Source: Chiloscyllium plagiosum
Taxonomy: Eukaryota
Assembly: GCF_004010195.1 (NCBI RefSeq)
Contig: NC_057719.1
Location: forward strand, 19,038,198 to 19,102,197
DNA: 64,000 nt
Direction: 5' to 3'
Numbering within the stretch: the first letter of the stretch is position 1; each line of letters opens with the position of its first letter. Below the pieces are notes generated by a model. That model was not told the origin of the DNA and made no database searches. It saw nothing but the letters and a program-made list of their open reading frames with translations. Below, in pieces: positions 24,760-37,589 of this stretch. A program made the translations under genes and the position numbers.

Positions 24760-25825
24760 AAGTAGGACAAATCTAACCCTGCTGACTACCACCCTGTCAG
24801 TCTCTCAAGAATCAGGAAAGGGTGGTCGGCACTTGCTCAGCAATTACCTGCTCACCGAAGTTTAGCTCAAGTTACATCAGGGTAGCTCAACATCTGACCT
24901 CATGGTCCAAACATGGACAAAAGTGGTGAAATAAAAGTGTGAATGATGCTAAACGCTGTGCATCAGCAATCATACCACTTCTGACCTTGTGATGATGAGA
25001 AAGTCATTGATGAAGCAGCTGAAGACTTGGACCTATAGACATTATTCTGAGGATCTCTGGCAGTGATGTCCTGGGACTGAGATGATTAACTTTGAATAAT
25101 CACAATCAGCTTCCATTGTAGTAGATATGACTCTAACCAGTAGAGACCTCCTTGCCAGAGCTCCTTGATGCCATATACAGTCAAATGCTGCCTGTATCAG
25201 GGGTTACTATTGACCAGAATCTGAACTGATCCTGCCAAATAAATACGGTGGCTACAAGAGCACATCAGAGATAAGAAATTCTAACCCACTAATGAAAGCC
25301 CATAATCCATAATGATCAAACCAGGAGTGGAATACATTCCAATTTTTGTATAAGTTCAGCTCCAACAGAATTTATGGAGCTCAACATGTTCCAGAACATA
25401 GCTGGCCCAGCTGACTGGCACCACATCTATCACAATCAACACTCACTCCCTTCACCAGTGACATGCAGTAACAGCAGTGTGTGTCTTTGACAAAATGCAT
25501 TAAGATTCCCTGAACAGCACCTTCCAAACCCACAACCTCCATCATTTAGAAGGACAAAGGCAGGAGATGTAAAGGAATACCATCACCTACGAGTTCCCCT
25601 GCAAGCCATATATCATTCTAACCTGGAATTATCACACCTTTCTTCCCTGTCATCTGGTCAAAATTCTGAAACTCCCTTCCCTAATGAAACAGTGGATGTA
25701 CCAACACAACATGAACTACAACAGTTCAAGAAGCCAGCTCATCTGCACGTTCTCCAGATCAGTTTGGGATTAGCAATAAATGCTGGCCTAGCCATTGATG
25801 CTGACTTCCCATAAATAAATTAAAG
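24760..25825 (+). mobile_element. APE-RT LINE 3' portion with an internal inversion (~24940-25192)
   Basis: Plus-strand RT pieces flank a reversed segment; ends GCAATAAATGCTGGCCTAGCC..CCCATAAATAAAT. Confidence 0.75.
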
Positions 25826-27069
25826 AAAGTACATTGCTTTTGTTTGTCCAGACCTAACTGATGAATCCGTTTAAGAGGTGCATCTGTTGGTGGGCTTAAT
25901 TAAAGACCATTGCCTGGGTACATTCAGTACTTGAATGTTGCATTGACGTTTTAAAATATCTAAGTGACCAACTGTCAGAACACAGCATTTTGCAGAACAG
26001 TCACAGCAAATGTAAAAAAAAGGGAGTGAGGAATCATAACCTAATGGTAAAGGAATTGGTATTGTTTGGAAAATGTATAAATGCATGAAATAGTAGATGG
26101 GAATGGTATAGCCTGGGAAGAGTGAAATGAAGGAAGGGGATAGCAAAAGATGAAGGGATTTGCGGGGAAGTGGATGAAGATTACTTGAAAGGGGAGAAAG
26201 GGAATTATATGGAATCAGAGTGAAGATTTGCAAAGGATAGAATAGCATGGGATAGGAAAAAAGTAAAGTACTGCAATAGAGATACTACTTGTACCACAAA
26301 TATTTTGTGGATCTCTGCTCATTTATAGTGAATTGTCAAAAGCATTACACAAAAGATATTTGCTTTATTGTTATTTGTATTTTCCTTTGAGTTGCCCTAG
26401 AGAATAATCTTCAGTTTCTGGAGTCTTCAGGATATTTCTGGAGGATTGGCAACCCTACTTCAGAAGCTAATTGAAAAACGGCACTGGAAAAACTCCAGGA
26501 CCCCTGTAGGTATGGGTAACCAAACAACTTGGAGAAAATTGGAATCAGAAAATCATGGAGCCAAAAGATATTTCTTTGTCCAAAACATTCGAAAGGCCTC
26601 TACATACATCGACATCTGATCCAAATATTTTTTAATCAGAATCTACCAAGGCATTTCTCATTCATTTCCAGAGTAAAATTTCCCAATCTAAGGATGAGCT
26701 ATTTCCAGTTCTCTATTTCAAATGCTCACCACATTTAATTAATACAGTCAATCATCTGCCAAATTCCACCCGGAGACAGCAGCATATGCTGGAAGTCTAA
26801 TCACTTCTGTGTAAAATCCTGGGTTTTGTTAAGTGTTTTAAATTTTTTTCGTGCTTAGATTGAATTACTGAGTGAACGTTTAAGTAGACTATGCTACAAA
26901 GATTTGCAAATTAGTAATCTTTAACCACACTTAACAGGGGCTTTCATCTATGCAGGTCCACATGACTTACATGTTTGTTAAGATTTTGACCTACAGTAAA
27001 CTGAAAGAGCTAATTTTAAATATAGAATTTCTAATGGAGAATTGCCATGTTGAGACTGAAATTGTTGTG

Positions 27070-27500
27070 TAAAGGAAGAGACCTATATTTATTCATACCA
27101 GTCACAGACTCAGGACCTTCTAAAGGGCTTCACTGATAATAAATAATAAAATATTTTTGAAATTTTGTCATTGCCGAACGAAGGGAAACGCAGCAGCCAA
27201 TCTGCACTTTGCCAGAAACCACAAAGGCAAATGTGATAATGACCATGTAATCTTCTTTAGTGATGTTGGTTGAGGGACAACTTGAACCAGGGCACCAGGG
27301 AAAACTCCCATTGTTCTTACTATTACAATAATATTACACATTGATTTAAGAGGAAAGATAGGGCCTCTGTTTAGCAGCTCATACGAAAAGCAGGCCCACT
27401 TTCTTCAATATTGTGCAGGGGTGTAGCCTCAATGACATGTACATGTAATGGGCCTTCTCAATCTCCTGGCTCGGGAAGCAAGAATGAACAGTGGCTGACA
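27070..27500 (-). mobile_element. DeuSINE (SacSINE1-like)
   Basis: GGAAACGCAGCAGCCAAT.TGCAC..CCACAAA.GCAAATGTGATAATGACCA..TTTAGTGATGTTGGTTGAGGGA is the reverse Deu domain. Confidence 0.75.
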
Positions 27501-27867
27501 GTTAGACTGGGAACCTAGCCACAATCCATCAAAAACTGAAGTGAGATGCCCCAGAGGAAGGGATCCTCATCATGTGGATTGGTCTTGCACACAATGTAGT
27601 ATCAATATTGAATCAAACCACGTTTAATAAAGTACTTTGCGGCAGCATCCCTTGACCTCTGGCTGTATCTGATTGGACATTGGCCCGAGTGATGGGCAAT
27701 TTCACTAAAGTGTAACCAATAAACAGTCATATCTCAAACTCGCTAAGTTCCACCTACTCTATCCCTTAACACAGAGAATGAGTTTTGAGATCGTGAGTGA
27801 ATCCCTCTGTAAACTTGTTATATCAAATCTGGAATGTTTTCTCCAACCTCATTTCGGACAAAGACAA

Positions 27868-27895
27868 ACACACACACACACACACACATACATAC
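27868..27895. repeat. (CA)n microsatellite
   Basis: ACACACACACACACACACACACATACATAC. Confidence 0.9.
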
Positions 27896-28460
27896 GTTGG
27901 TATTTAATGCAGATGACAGTCTTGAGAGGGAACAAGACCCCCATGTCATATCATGCATGAAATGCCAATCAGCAACATAAATGGCCACTGGAGAAACAGA
28001 AGCAAAGTCCCAGGGGGAGAATTCTGGCCAGTTGACCAAGAGTTGCTGACCAATTAGAGGCAGTGAGAAAGGCAATGAATATACTGTAGACCCACGACCA
28101 GTGAGGGACCCCAGGCACAGATGAGACAGAACAGGAGAATGCTCATGGTGTAGGCGAGGTCAGTAAGGGCAGAGGCTGGCTTTCAGCAGCTCCATTTCCC
28201 CCATCTTAGATACCAATTATGATCCCTCAATTAAGCATTTACTGGAGAAGCAAGGACTTAGTCCTTGTCACTGGACTATTAATCTCGAAATCCAGGTAAA
28301 TGTTCTGGGAATTTGTGTTTGAATCCCACCATGGCAGATGGTGAAATTTAAATTTAATAACAGTCTAGAATTAGAAGTATAATGATGACCATGAAACTAT
28401 TGTCAATTGTCAATGAAAAAATCATTTGGTTCAGTAATGTCCTTTAGGAAAGGAATCAAT

Positions 28461-31404
28461 CTCAGTGCCAGGGACTTATACAGGGCAGAATTTGTTAGGT
28501 GTATCCAGGAGGACTTCTTAAAACAATATGTGTACAGTCCAACTTGGGAAAGGGCCATATTAGACCTTGTATTGGGGAAAGAGCCTTGCACGTTTTTGTA
28601 AGGATGAAAGATAAGGATAGTAGTTCTGGGGGCCCATGGATGACAAGAGAAATTTAAAAAGAAGGCATATGTATATGGAAAGTGTTCTGCCTGGAGGTCA
28701 GTGTTGAGTGGGGCCCTGCAGGGCTCTGTTCTTGGGCCTCTGCTCTTTGTAGTTTTTATAAATGACTTGGATGAGGGGTTACTGCAGGCTGCAGCGTGGC
28801 ATAGACAGGATGCAGAGCTGGGCTGAGAAATGGCAGATGGAGCTCAACCTGGATAAATGCGAAGTGATGCATTTTGGAAGGTCAAACTCGAATGCTGAAT
28901 ATAGGATTAAAGACAGGATTCTTGGCAGTGTGGAGGAACAGAGGGATCTGGGTGTGCAAGTACATATATCCCTCAAAGTTATCACCCAAGTGGATATGGT
29001 TGTTAAGAAAGCATATGTATTTTGGCTTTCATTAACAGCGGGATTGAGTTTAAGAGCCACAAGGTTTTGCTACATCTCTACAAGTCCCTGGTGAGACCAC
29101 ACTTGGAAAATTGTGTCCATTTCTGGTTGCCCTACTATAAGACAGATACAGAGGCTTTAGAGAGGGTGCAAAGAAGGCCTACCAGGATGCTGTCTGGGCT
29201 GGAGGGCTTGCCTTATGAAGAAAGGTTGAATAAGCTCAGACTTTTCTCTCTGGAGAGAAGGAGGAAGAGAGGATCGAAGTATACAAGATAATTAGAAGAA
29301 CAAATAGAGTCAATAGTCAGAGACTTTTCCCCAGGGCAGGATTGACTGGTACGAGGAGTCATAGCTTGAAGATATTAGGAGGAAGGTATAAATGAGACGT
29401 CAGAGGTAGGTTCTTAATGCAGAGAGTTGTGAATACATGGAATGCGTTGCCAGCTGTGGTGGTGGAAGCAGAGTCACTGGGGACATTTAAGCGACTGCTG
29501 GACATGCACATGGAAAACCATGAGTTGAGGGTTGTGTAGGTTAAGTTATTATATTTTACATTAGGATTAAATTGCAGGACAACATCGTGGGCCAAAGGGC
29601 CTGTACTATGCTGTACCTTTCTATGTTCTATATGTATGGTTTAGGAAACTAAAATCAGACTGACCCCTTGAGGACTATAAAGAAAGGAATTAGAATGGCT
29701 AAAAATGGCCATCTTATGTACTTCGCAAGGATTAAGGAGAATCCCTAGAAATTTTATCTTTTTAATATTAGGAGCAAGAGGGCAGCTATGGAAAGAGGAC
29801 GTCCACTTAAGGATATACAAGGGAATATTTGCATGGAGCCAGAGGAAGTTAGTGATGTCCTTTATGAGTCCTTTGCATTGGTATTCACCAAGGAGCAGGA
29901 CATGGGTATGGTAAGATTAGGAGGAGGTATGTCGATCCATCCATGTCGAATGTGATCCATCCAAGATGCTGAGGGAGGCAAGGGAGGAGATTGCTGGGGC
30001 TTTGACAGAATCTTTGCAACTTCTTTAGCCACAGGAGAGGTCCCCGAAGACTGGTGAATAGCCAATGCTGTTCCCTTTTTCATTTCGAAGGCCAACAGAG
30101 ATAATTCAAGAAATTATACGCTGATGAGTTTCACCTAAGTGGTAGCGAAATTGTTGGAGAAGTATTTTAGGGACAGGCTTATTCGCATTTGGAAAAGGTC
30201 TTGTCTCACAAATTTTATTGAGTTTTTCAAGGAAGTGACAAATATTGATGAGGACAAGGCAATCAAAGTCTACATGGACTTTGCTAAAGCATTTGACAAG
30301 ATCCCTTATGGTCAGCTGGTCCAGGAAATTAAGTCAAGTGGGATCCACTGTGGGTTGGCAAGTTGGATACAAAGTTAGCTTGGTCATAGTCGACAGAGGA
30401 TAGTTGTAGAGAGGTATGTTTCTGACTGGAGGTCTATGACTCGCAGTGTTCTGTGAGAATCAGCTGTTGTTATAAAAAAAACTGGACGAAAATGTAGGCA
30501 CTCTGATTAGTAAGTTTGCAGATGACATGAAATTTGGTGGAGTTGTGGATGGTGAAGGAAGTTGTCAAGGGATACAGCAGGATATAGATCAGTTTAATCT
30601 GGACAAGGATGAGGTGATGCATTCTGGGAGGTCAAATGCAAGAGGACAGTATACTGTAAATGGCAGGACCCTAAGGAGCATTGATATACTGAGGGAACTT
30701 GAGTTGCAAATTCATAGCTTCCTAAAAGTAGTGACCCAGTGGATAAGGTGATAAAGAAGGTATATGGCATGTTCGCCTTCGTTGTTCAGGGCACTGAGTA
30801 TTAAACTTGACATGTCATGTTGCTGACGTATAAAGCTTTGGTTAGGCCACATTTGGAGTATCGTGTGCAGTAATGGTCACCGCACTATAGAAACCTACAC
30901 CCTCAAGGATGTGGAGGCTTTGGGCAATGTGCAAAAGAGGTTTACCAACATGTAGCCTGGATTGCAGTATATCAGCTTTAAGGAGAGGCCGGATAAAGTT
31001 GGACTGGTTTGACCAGACTGTCAGAAGCTGAGGGGTGACCTGATAGAAGTATATAAAATTATGAGAGACATGGATAGGGTGGATAGTCAGAGTTTCTTTC
31101 CCAGGGTGAACATATCAATTATTAGGGGGCATAGGTTTAAGATGAGGGAGAAAGTTTAAAAGAGATGTGCAAAGTACATTTTTTTACACAGAAGTTGGTG
31201 CCTGGAATGCATCGGTAGGGGAGGTGGTAGAAGGAGATACAATAGCAATGTTTAGGAGGTATTTGGACATATATATAAACAGGCAGGGAATACAGGGATA
31301 CAGCCCACATGCAAGCAAATGGGATTAGTTTAGAATAGCATCATGGTCAGCACAGACATGATAGGCTAAAGGCCTGTTTTTGTGCTGCGCTGTTCCATGT
31401 TCAA
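28461..31404 (+). mobile_element. CR1 ORF2 (end of APE through RT and tail), inserted in the LINE head
   Basis: EFVRCIQEDFLKQYVYSPTWERAILDLVLG, SCLTNFIEFFKEVT, VYMDFAKAFDKIPY, SKFADD; CR1 tail at ~31320-31404. Confidence 0.88.
28678..29631 (+). mobile_element. Younger CR1 3' fragment nested in the CR1 above
   Basis: QGSVLGPLLFVVFINDLD..QSWAEKWQMELNLDKCEVMHFG..RPHLENCVHFW..LERVQRR; tail TTCTATGTTCTAT; TATGTAT on both sides. Confidence 0.88.
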
Positions 31405-31627
31405 CACAACTGCCATCCTTACCTGGGTTGACCTATATGTAACTCCAGATCAACAGAAACGCGGTTGACATCTAACTGCATTCAAATTTGGCCTTGCAAA
31501 GCATTCAGTTGTATAAAAATTAGAAAAGAAAGAAAGATCGAAATCAGACGGACCACTGGAAATGACAATGGCAATCAATCTTTTCAATCCTGAAAAGTCC
31601 TCCTTGCTAACAATGGGAAGATGCCTT

Positions 31628-31810
31628 TGTTAGACTGGGGTGGACAAAGTCAGAAGTCACATGAACACCAGGTTATAGATCAATAGGTTTATTTGAAATC
31701 ACAAGCTTTCAGAGTGCTACTTCACGTGACAAAGGAACAGGACTCCAAATGATTGTGATTTCAAATAAACTATCGCACTATAACCTGGCATTGTGTGACT
31801 TCTGACTTTC
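31628..31810. mobile_element. Palindromic Penelope-terminus element (family of the 47100-47205 end)
   Basis: Arms AAAGTCAGAAGTCACA..CCAGGTTATAG..GTTTATTTGAAATCACAA / TTGTGATTTCAAATAAAC..CTATAACCTGG..TGTGACTTCTGACTTT. Confidence 0.75.
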
Positions 31811-33095
31811 TCCTAACTAATGCCTGAGGGCACATGCCAAAATTGTGAGAGTTGTCTCACAGACTAGTTGAGCAATAGCCTGAAAGAGTCATACCCACAG
31901 AAGCATACCTTACAATGTCCCAGGCACCACCATCACCATCACCATCCCTGGCTATGTCTTGTCCCACTGGCAGGATAGACCCAGCAGACATGGCAGCTCA
32001 ATGGCATACAGTCAGGAGGGAGATGCCTAGGAGTCCTCATTGACTCCGGATACCATGAAGTCCCATGGCATCAAGTCAAACATGGGTAAGGGAACTCACA
32101 GCTCATTGCCAGGTATTTTCCAATTAGTGCTTCTCCATGTTGAATACTTGCAGAAAGCACTGAGATGTCAGGGTGCAATATGTACTATGGGAAGGGATTT
32201 CAATATCTACCACCAATGGTGGTTCAGCTCAATTACTGATTGAGCTGGTCAGGTCCTCAGTTGTAGCTGCTAAACTGGGTCTGCAGCAGGTGGTGAGGGA
32301 CCAACAAGAGGGAAAACCATACTTGACCTCATCCTTACCAATCTGCTGATTGCAGATACATTTGTATATGGCAGTATTGCTAACAGTGACCACTATACAG
32401 TCCATGCGGAGATGTTGTCCCATCTATATATTGAGAATGCCCTCCATCATGTAGTAGGACACTAATGTGTGCTAAATGGATTATATTTTAGATCAGATCA
32501 TCATCAGCTCAAGACTGAGCATCAAGACTGTGGGCCATCAGCAGCAGTAGAATAGTACTCCAACACAATGTATAACCTCATGATCCAGCAAATCCCCCAA
32601 ACTATCATAACCATCAAGCCAGAAAATCAGTACTGGTGCAATGGAGAGTACAGGAGGTGATGCCAAGAGCAGCACCAGGGATATCTAAAAATGACATGCC
32701 AACCTAGTGAAGCTACCAAACAGAATTACTTGCATACCAAACAGCATAATCATCAAGTGGTAGACAAAATGATATGATTCCACAATCATCAAAGCAGAAC
32801 TAAGCTCTACAGCACAAACAGAAATTGTCAGAAAATATCAGAACTGAAGAAAGATTAGTGGACCTAAAAATATTAACTCTGTTTTTTTTTCCATAAAAGT
32901 TGCAAGACCTGCTGAGTTCTTCCTGCAATTTCTGTTTGTGTTTCTGATTTCCAGCATCTGCAATTCTTGGGTTTTTTTTTGCTATGCTCTGCAGACCTGC
33001 CACATCCAGTCATGCATGGTGGGGGGAAATGAATCAACTCCCTGGAGGAGGAATTTTCATAGACATCCCATCTGGGGTGTATAAAGTTTTTGTGG

Positions 33096-33418
33096 AGGGA
33101 CGGCATGCTGGCTCAGTGGTGAGCACTGCTGCCCCATAGCACCAGGGGTCTAGGTTCAATTCCCATCTCAGGCAACTGTCTGTGTGGAGTTTGTACATTC
33201 TCCCCGTGTCTGTGTGGGTTTCCTCCGGGTGCTCTGGTTTCCTCCCACAGTCCAAAGATGTGCAAGTCAGATGAATTGGCGATGCTAAATTCCCGTAGTG
33301 TTAGGTGCATTAGTCAGGGGTAAATATGGGTCTGGATGGGTTACTCTTCAGAGGGTCGGTGTGGACTTGTTGGGCTGAAGGGCCTATTTCCATACTGTAG
33401 GGACTCTAATCTCTAATC
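33096..33418 (+). mobile_element. HE1-type SINE
   Basis: Same structure as 304-620. Confidence 0.92.
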
Positions 33419-34775
33419 CCCATCCTCAATCATGGGGAGGCCAGCACATCAGTGTGAAAGATAAGGTAGAAGCTGTTACAACAACCTCCAACCAGAAGTG
33501 CTGAGTGGATATTCAACTCAGCCGATTCCAGAGGTCCACAGCATCACAAATTCATTCCGCAGCAAATTGATTTGCAAATTTGATTTCATTGGAGCTACTG
33601 AATACTGCTAAGGCATTGGACACTGACAACATTCCGGCAGTTGTGCTGAAGATTTATGATCCAGAACCTGCTACACCCATAGCCAGGTTCTTCCAGTATA
33701 GTTATAACACTGGTATCGACCCAACAATGTGGAAAATTGCCCAGATACATCCTGTACGTAAAAATCCAATGTCACCAATTATCTCCCCATCAGTCTACTC
33801 TCAATCATCAGTAATGGGAAGTATTTTGAACAATGCTATTAGGCAGGATTTGCTGAGCAATAACCTGTTCACTGATACTCAGTTTGGGTTCAGCCAGGGT
33901 AACTCAGCTCCTTTCCACACTAAAGCCTTGGTTCAATCATGGACAAAGCAGGTGAATTTCACAGGTGACTGGCCTTGAGATCATGGTCATGTTTGACTGA
34001 CAGTAACACCAAGGAGTCTGAGATAAACTGGAATCAATTGAAATTGGAGGGAAAAGCCTTCTCATACCTGGCACATATGACGATGGCTATGGTTGTTGGA
34101 GGACAGTCATCTCCTGGATATCTTTGCATGACTTCCTCCTGGTAATGTCCTAGACCCAATGATCTTCAGTTGCTTCATCAATAACCTCTATCTAGTATAC
34201 GTTTAGAAGTGGGGAAGTTTGGTGATCACTGTACAATGTTCAGCAACATTCCTACTCCTTGAACCAGCTCATGTCCAAATGCAGCTAGACTTGAATAATA
34301 GACAGTTTTGGACTGACAGGTGTCAAATAACATTCATGAAGTTACCATCACTGAATCCCCCACTAACAACACCCTGGGCTTACTGTTGACCAGAAGCTTA
34401 ACTGGACTCACCACATAAACATAATGGCTGCATGAGCAAGTGAGAGCACTGGAATCCTGACTCCTGACTCCTCAAAGCCTCTCCACCATCTGCAAGGCAC
34501 AAGTCAAATGTGTGAAGAAATATTCCCTACTTGCCTGGTTAAATGAGCTCCAACCACACTTAAGAATCTTGACACCACCTGGGACAAAGCAGCCTATTGG
34601 CATCATATCTACAAATATTCACTACCCCCACCATGATGCTCAGTAGCAGCAGCGTGTACCGTCTTCAAATGCACAGCAAAAATCCACCAAGGCACCTAAG
34701 ACATTAATTTCCATCTCAAAGGCAGATACATGAGACCAGCCTCACCTTTAATTTTCCCTCCAAGCCACTCATCAT

Positions 34776-35325
34776 CCACCTCTACTCCCTCAGGAGGCTA
34801 AGGAAACTTGGCATGTCCATAAAGACTCTCACCAATTTTTATAGATGCACCTCAGGAAGCATTCTTTCCGGATGCATCATGGTTTGGTATGGCAACTGCT
34901 CTGCCCAGACCATAAAACAAATTACAGAGAGCAATGAACACAGCCCAGTCCATCACACAAGCCAACCTTCCATCCATTTGTACTTCTCACTGCCTTGGAA
35001 GGCAGCCAACATAATCAAAGACCTCTCCCACCTCAATTATAATCTCTTCCAACATCTTCTGTCGAATAGAAGATACAAAAGCTTTAATAGGCACATACCA
35101 ACAAATTCAAGATCAGCTTCTTCTCTGCTGTTATTAGACTTCTGAATAGATCTTCCAAATGTAAAGTTAATGTTGATTTCGCTCTTTGAGCACCTTCTCT
35201 GTAGCCATAACATTGCATTCTCAACTCTGTCTATTATCCTAATGCACTTTGTATGGTATGATCTTCCTGTACTGCACACAAAGCAAAACTTTTCACTGCA
35301 CATGTGACAATAATAAAATAAAAAA
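34776..35325 (+). mobile_element. Rex1/Babar-like LINE 3' end
   Basis: LRRLRKLGMSIKTLTNFYRCTSGSILSGCIMVWYGNCSAQ..KAANIIKDLSH; tail CACTG..CATGTGACAATAATAAA. Confidence 0.82.
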
Positions 35326-36959
35326 GTCAACCTTGACTTGGAACTAGCTCGCTGTTTCTTCACTGTTGCTGGGTCAAAATCCTGGAACCAATTTCTCGAA
35401 TGGCATAGTGGGACTTCCCTATAGCAAATGGACTGCATTATTGCAAGAAATGAGCTCATCACCACCTTCTCAAGGACAATGAAGGAATGTGCAATATATG
35501 TTAGCCCAGCCAATGCCACCCAAATGCAATGAATGAATTTTAAAACAAAGTCAACCTTAAGCAGACCTAAACTCCTGCCAACTCAGGAACCTGCAAGAAA
35601 AACATAATTTTCAAATTTCAATCTCCCTGTATGGTGAACCTCCCCCACACAGCCACAATAAAATTAAGTTCTTAATTAATTGCCCAGTTGAAGGCCTCAA
35701 TTAGCTACAGGGCTGATCATGTGCATTCTGACCCTGGCCTTCAATGGGACAGAGGTGGTGGAGTCACATCCAGCACCTTCCTACATTAAATTACTTCCCA
35801 TCTCCAAGTTCACCTTGAGGAGCAGCATTGATATTTGCACATTGTTTCCCATACAGTCCCTTTCAATGATGAAAGTACAAACAAATTCAATTGCTTCATC
35901 TCTCCCCGCTCCCTGCCGCCCATCTACAAAGTGTGTACACAAAAATGTTGAAATTTCTGACGTCGCATTTAACTGCAGAATTCAGACCTGAATCAATTTT
36001 CTCTTGCTTCAGATTTATTTGTAGACCTGTAATTAGTCAAATGCTGTGAGACTAAATGAAACAATAAATTTCTAAGCAAAACATTCCTTCATTTTCAAAT
36101 CAACCCAACCCATCAAGTCAATCTATTGTACAAGTAAGAGATGAGTTAAAGGGAGTTAAAGATGAGTTAAAATGCACTTGTAGATTGTCACAGTTCAAAA
36201 ATTGTTTGTAATCCATTGGTGTTGCTTCATAATATGATCATTACTAGCATACTCCAGGCCTGTCTCCTTCCATATGCAGCAGGTTTTAACGCGTTAAATT
36301 CAGAAGGATGGAATCAATTCTTTCCAGCAACAAAATGGAACTGTTGTCTCTTATTAGGATAACTGATTTGTCAGATAAATTGACAGTAAGTTAGTTACAT
36401 TGTTAAATAGGGTGGGAAAATAACTGAACAGAATATAAAGTGGATACATTAAAGAAGAGATGATGAAGATTGTTAAATATAGAACAATTCATTGGCATCA
36501 CATGAGCGACTGTGGCTATAGTTCGTCCTTATCATGCTGCCAAATTTGAGTCACTTGACTTGATTTTGAGCCCTTGTCAGACTGGAATCATGGTGGGAGG
36601 GTGTGCAACTAAAATGTAGTCCCGTTTACATTCTAGACCTCCAGTTCCATCTGCCTCTGCTGTATTGTTGCAGAGGTGCGTTAGTGGCAGTGCTTTCCAC
36701 CTGCACTGAGGCAACATTTCCAGTCAGCCTTGGCGGGGGTGGGGAGGGGGGGGGTAGTAGGAGGTGGAATAGGAGTTGTCACACAGTGCTCTCGGAGAAG
36801 GCCGAGTGCCATGCCTCCTAAATATTATTCGCACTGTGACACCACTTCAAGGGTGGAAAAGTGTTGCAGCCTCAGTGAAATCTCTGACACTGAGGGCTCC
36901 TTACAGCAGGAGCATAGCTGTTGCAAGTTGGTCTGAGCTCCATTGCAGCCTTGGATCAT

Positions 36960-37130
36960 GTAAGACTATAAGACATAGGAACAGAAATTAGGCCACTCAG
37001 CCCATCAAGTCTGGTCCACCATTCAATCATGGCATTCTCAACCCATTCTCCTGTTTTCTCACCATAACCTTCGAACCCCTTTAAAATCAAGAACCTATCT
37101 ATCTCCATATTAAACATACTCAATGATTGC
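36960..37130 (-). mobile_element. CR1 3' tail
   Basis: TAAGACTATAAGACATAGGAACAGAAATTAGGCCACTCAGCCCATC. Confidence 0.75.
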
Positions 37131-37589
37131 CATAGTTAAAGCTCTGACCCCTGGTTTTGGGTGCTTGCTTTCAAGCCCAACCCTGCCCTCTCTGTTCCTA
37201 CAGCCATGGGGCACCCCCCAAAAAATACTCACTGCCCCTCCCTCCTCACAGTAGAGACCATCAGCAAAGCCTGTTTTTTTAATTTAAACTTCATAAAGAT
37301 TGGAGAGAGGGTCCCTTCATTCTGAAATATCTCCTCACATTCTGACCTTCCATTATAAGTTGCTGCTGTTTTCAAGCTGTATATATTCTTTTTGACCCTC
37401 CAACTTCAAACTAGAGGTCATTCTGTGACTATGATTGATGTTTCAATGAGTGACTGTCTCCCACACAATGTGGTTCTCATTCATATTTCATCTTGACAGT
37501 GGGTTTCTGAGGCTCACAGGGAAAATCGTACCTATTCAGTCTGTCTGGTGACAGCTCTGGGATTAAATTATGGATGGTGTATGTGTTAT

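Larger units (their letters stand above)
28250..35545 (+). mobile_element. Near full-length decayed APE-RT LINE with a tRNA-like/SINE-like 5' end and at least five nested insertions
   Basis: Head 28250-28460 and 31407-31615; APE (MPKL*ELSHRLVEQ*PERVIPTEAYL, IPGYVLSHWQDRPSR, GRDFNIYHQWW, TRGKTILDLILT, SDH); RT (KALDTDNIPAVVLK, MWKIAQIHPVRK, QFGFSQG); tail ..AATGAATGAATTTTAAAA. Confidence 0.8.

Noticed and set aside
25871..26248. 125-aa hydrophobic ORF
   Set aside because: Product of a purine-rich low-complexity tract read on the minus strand.
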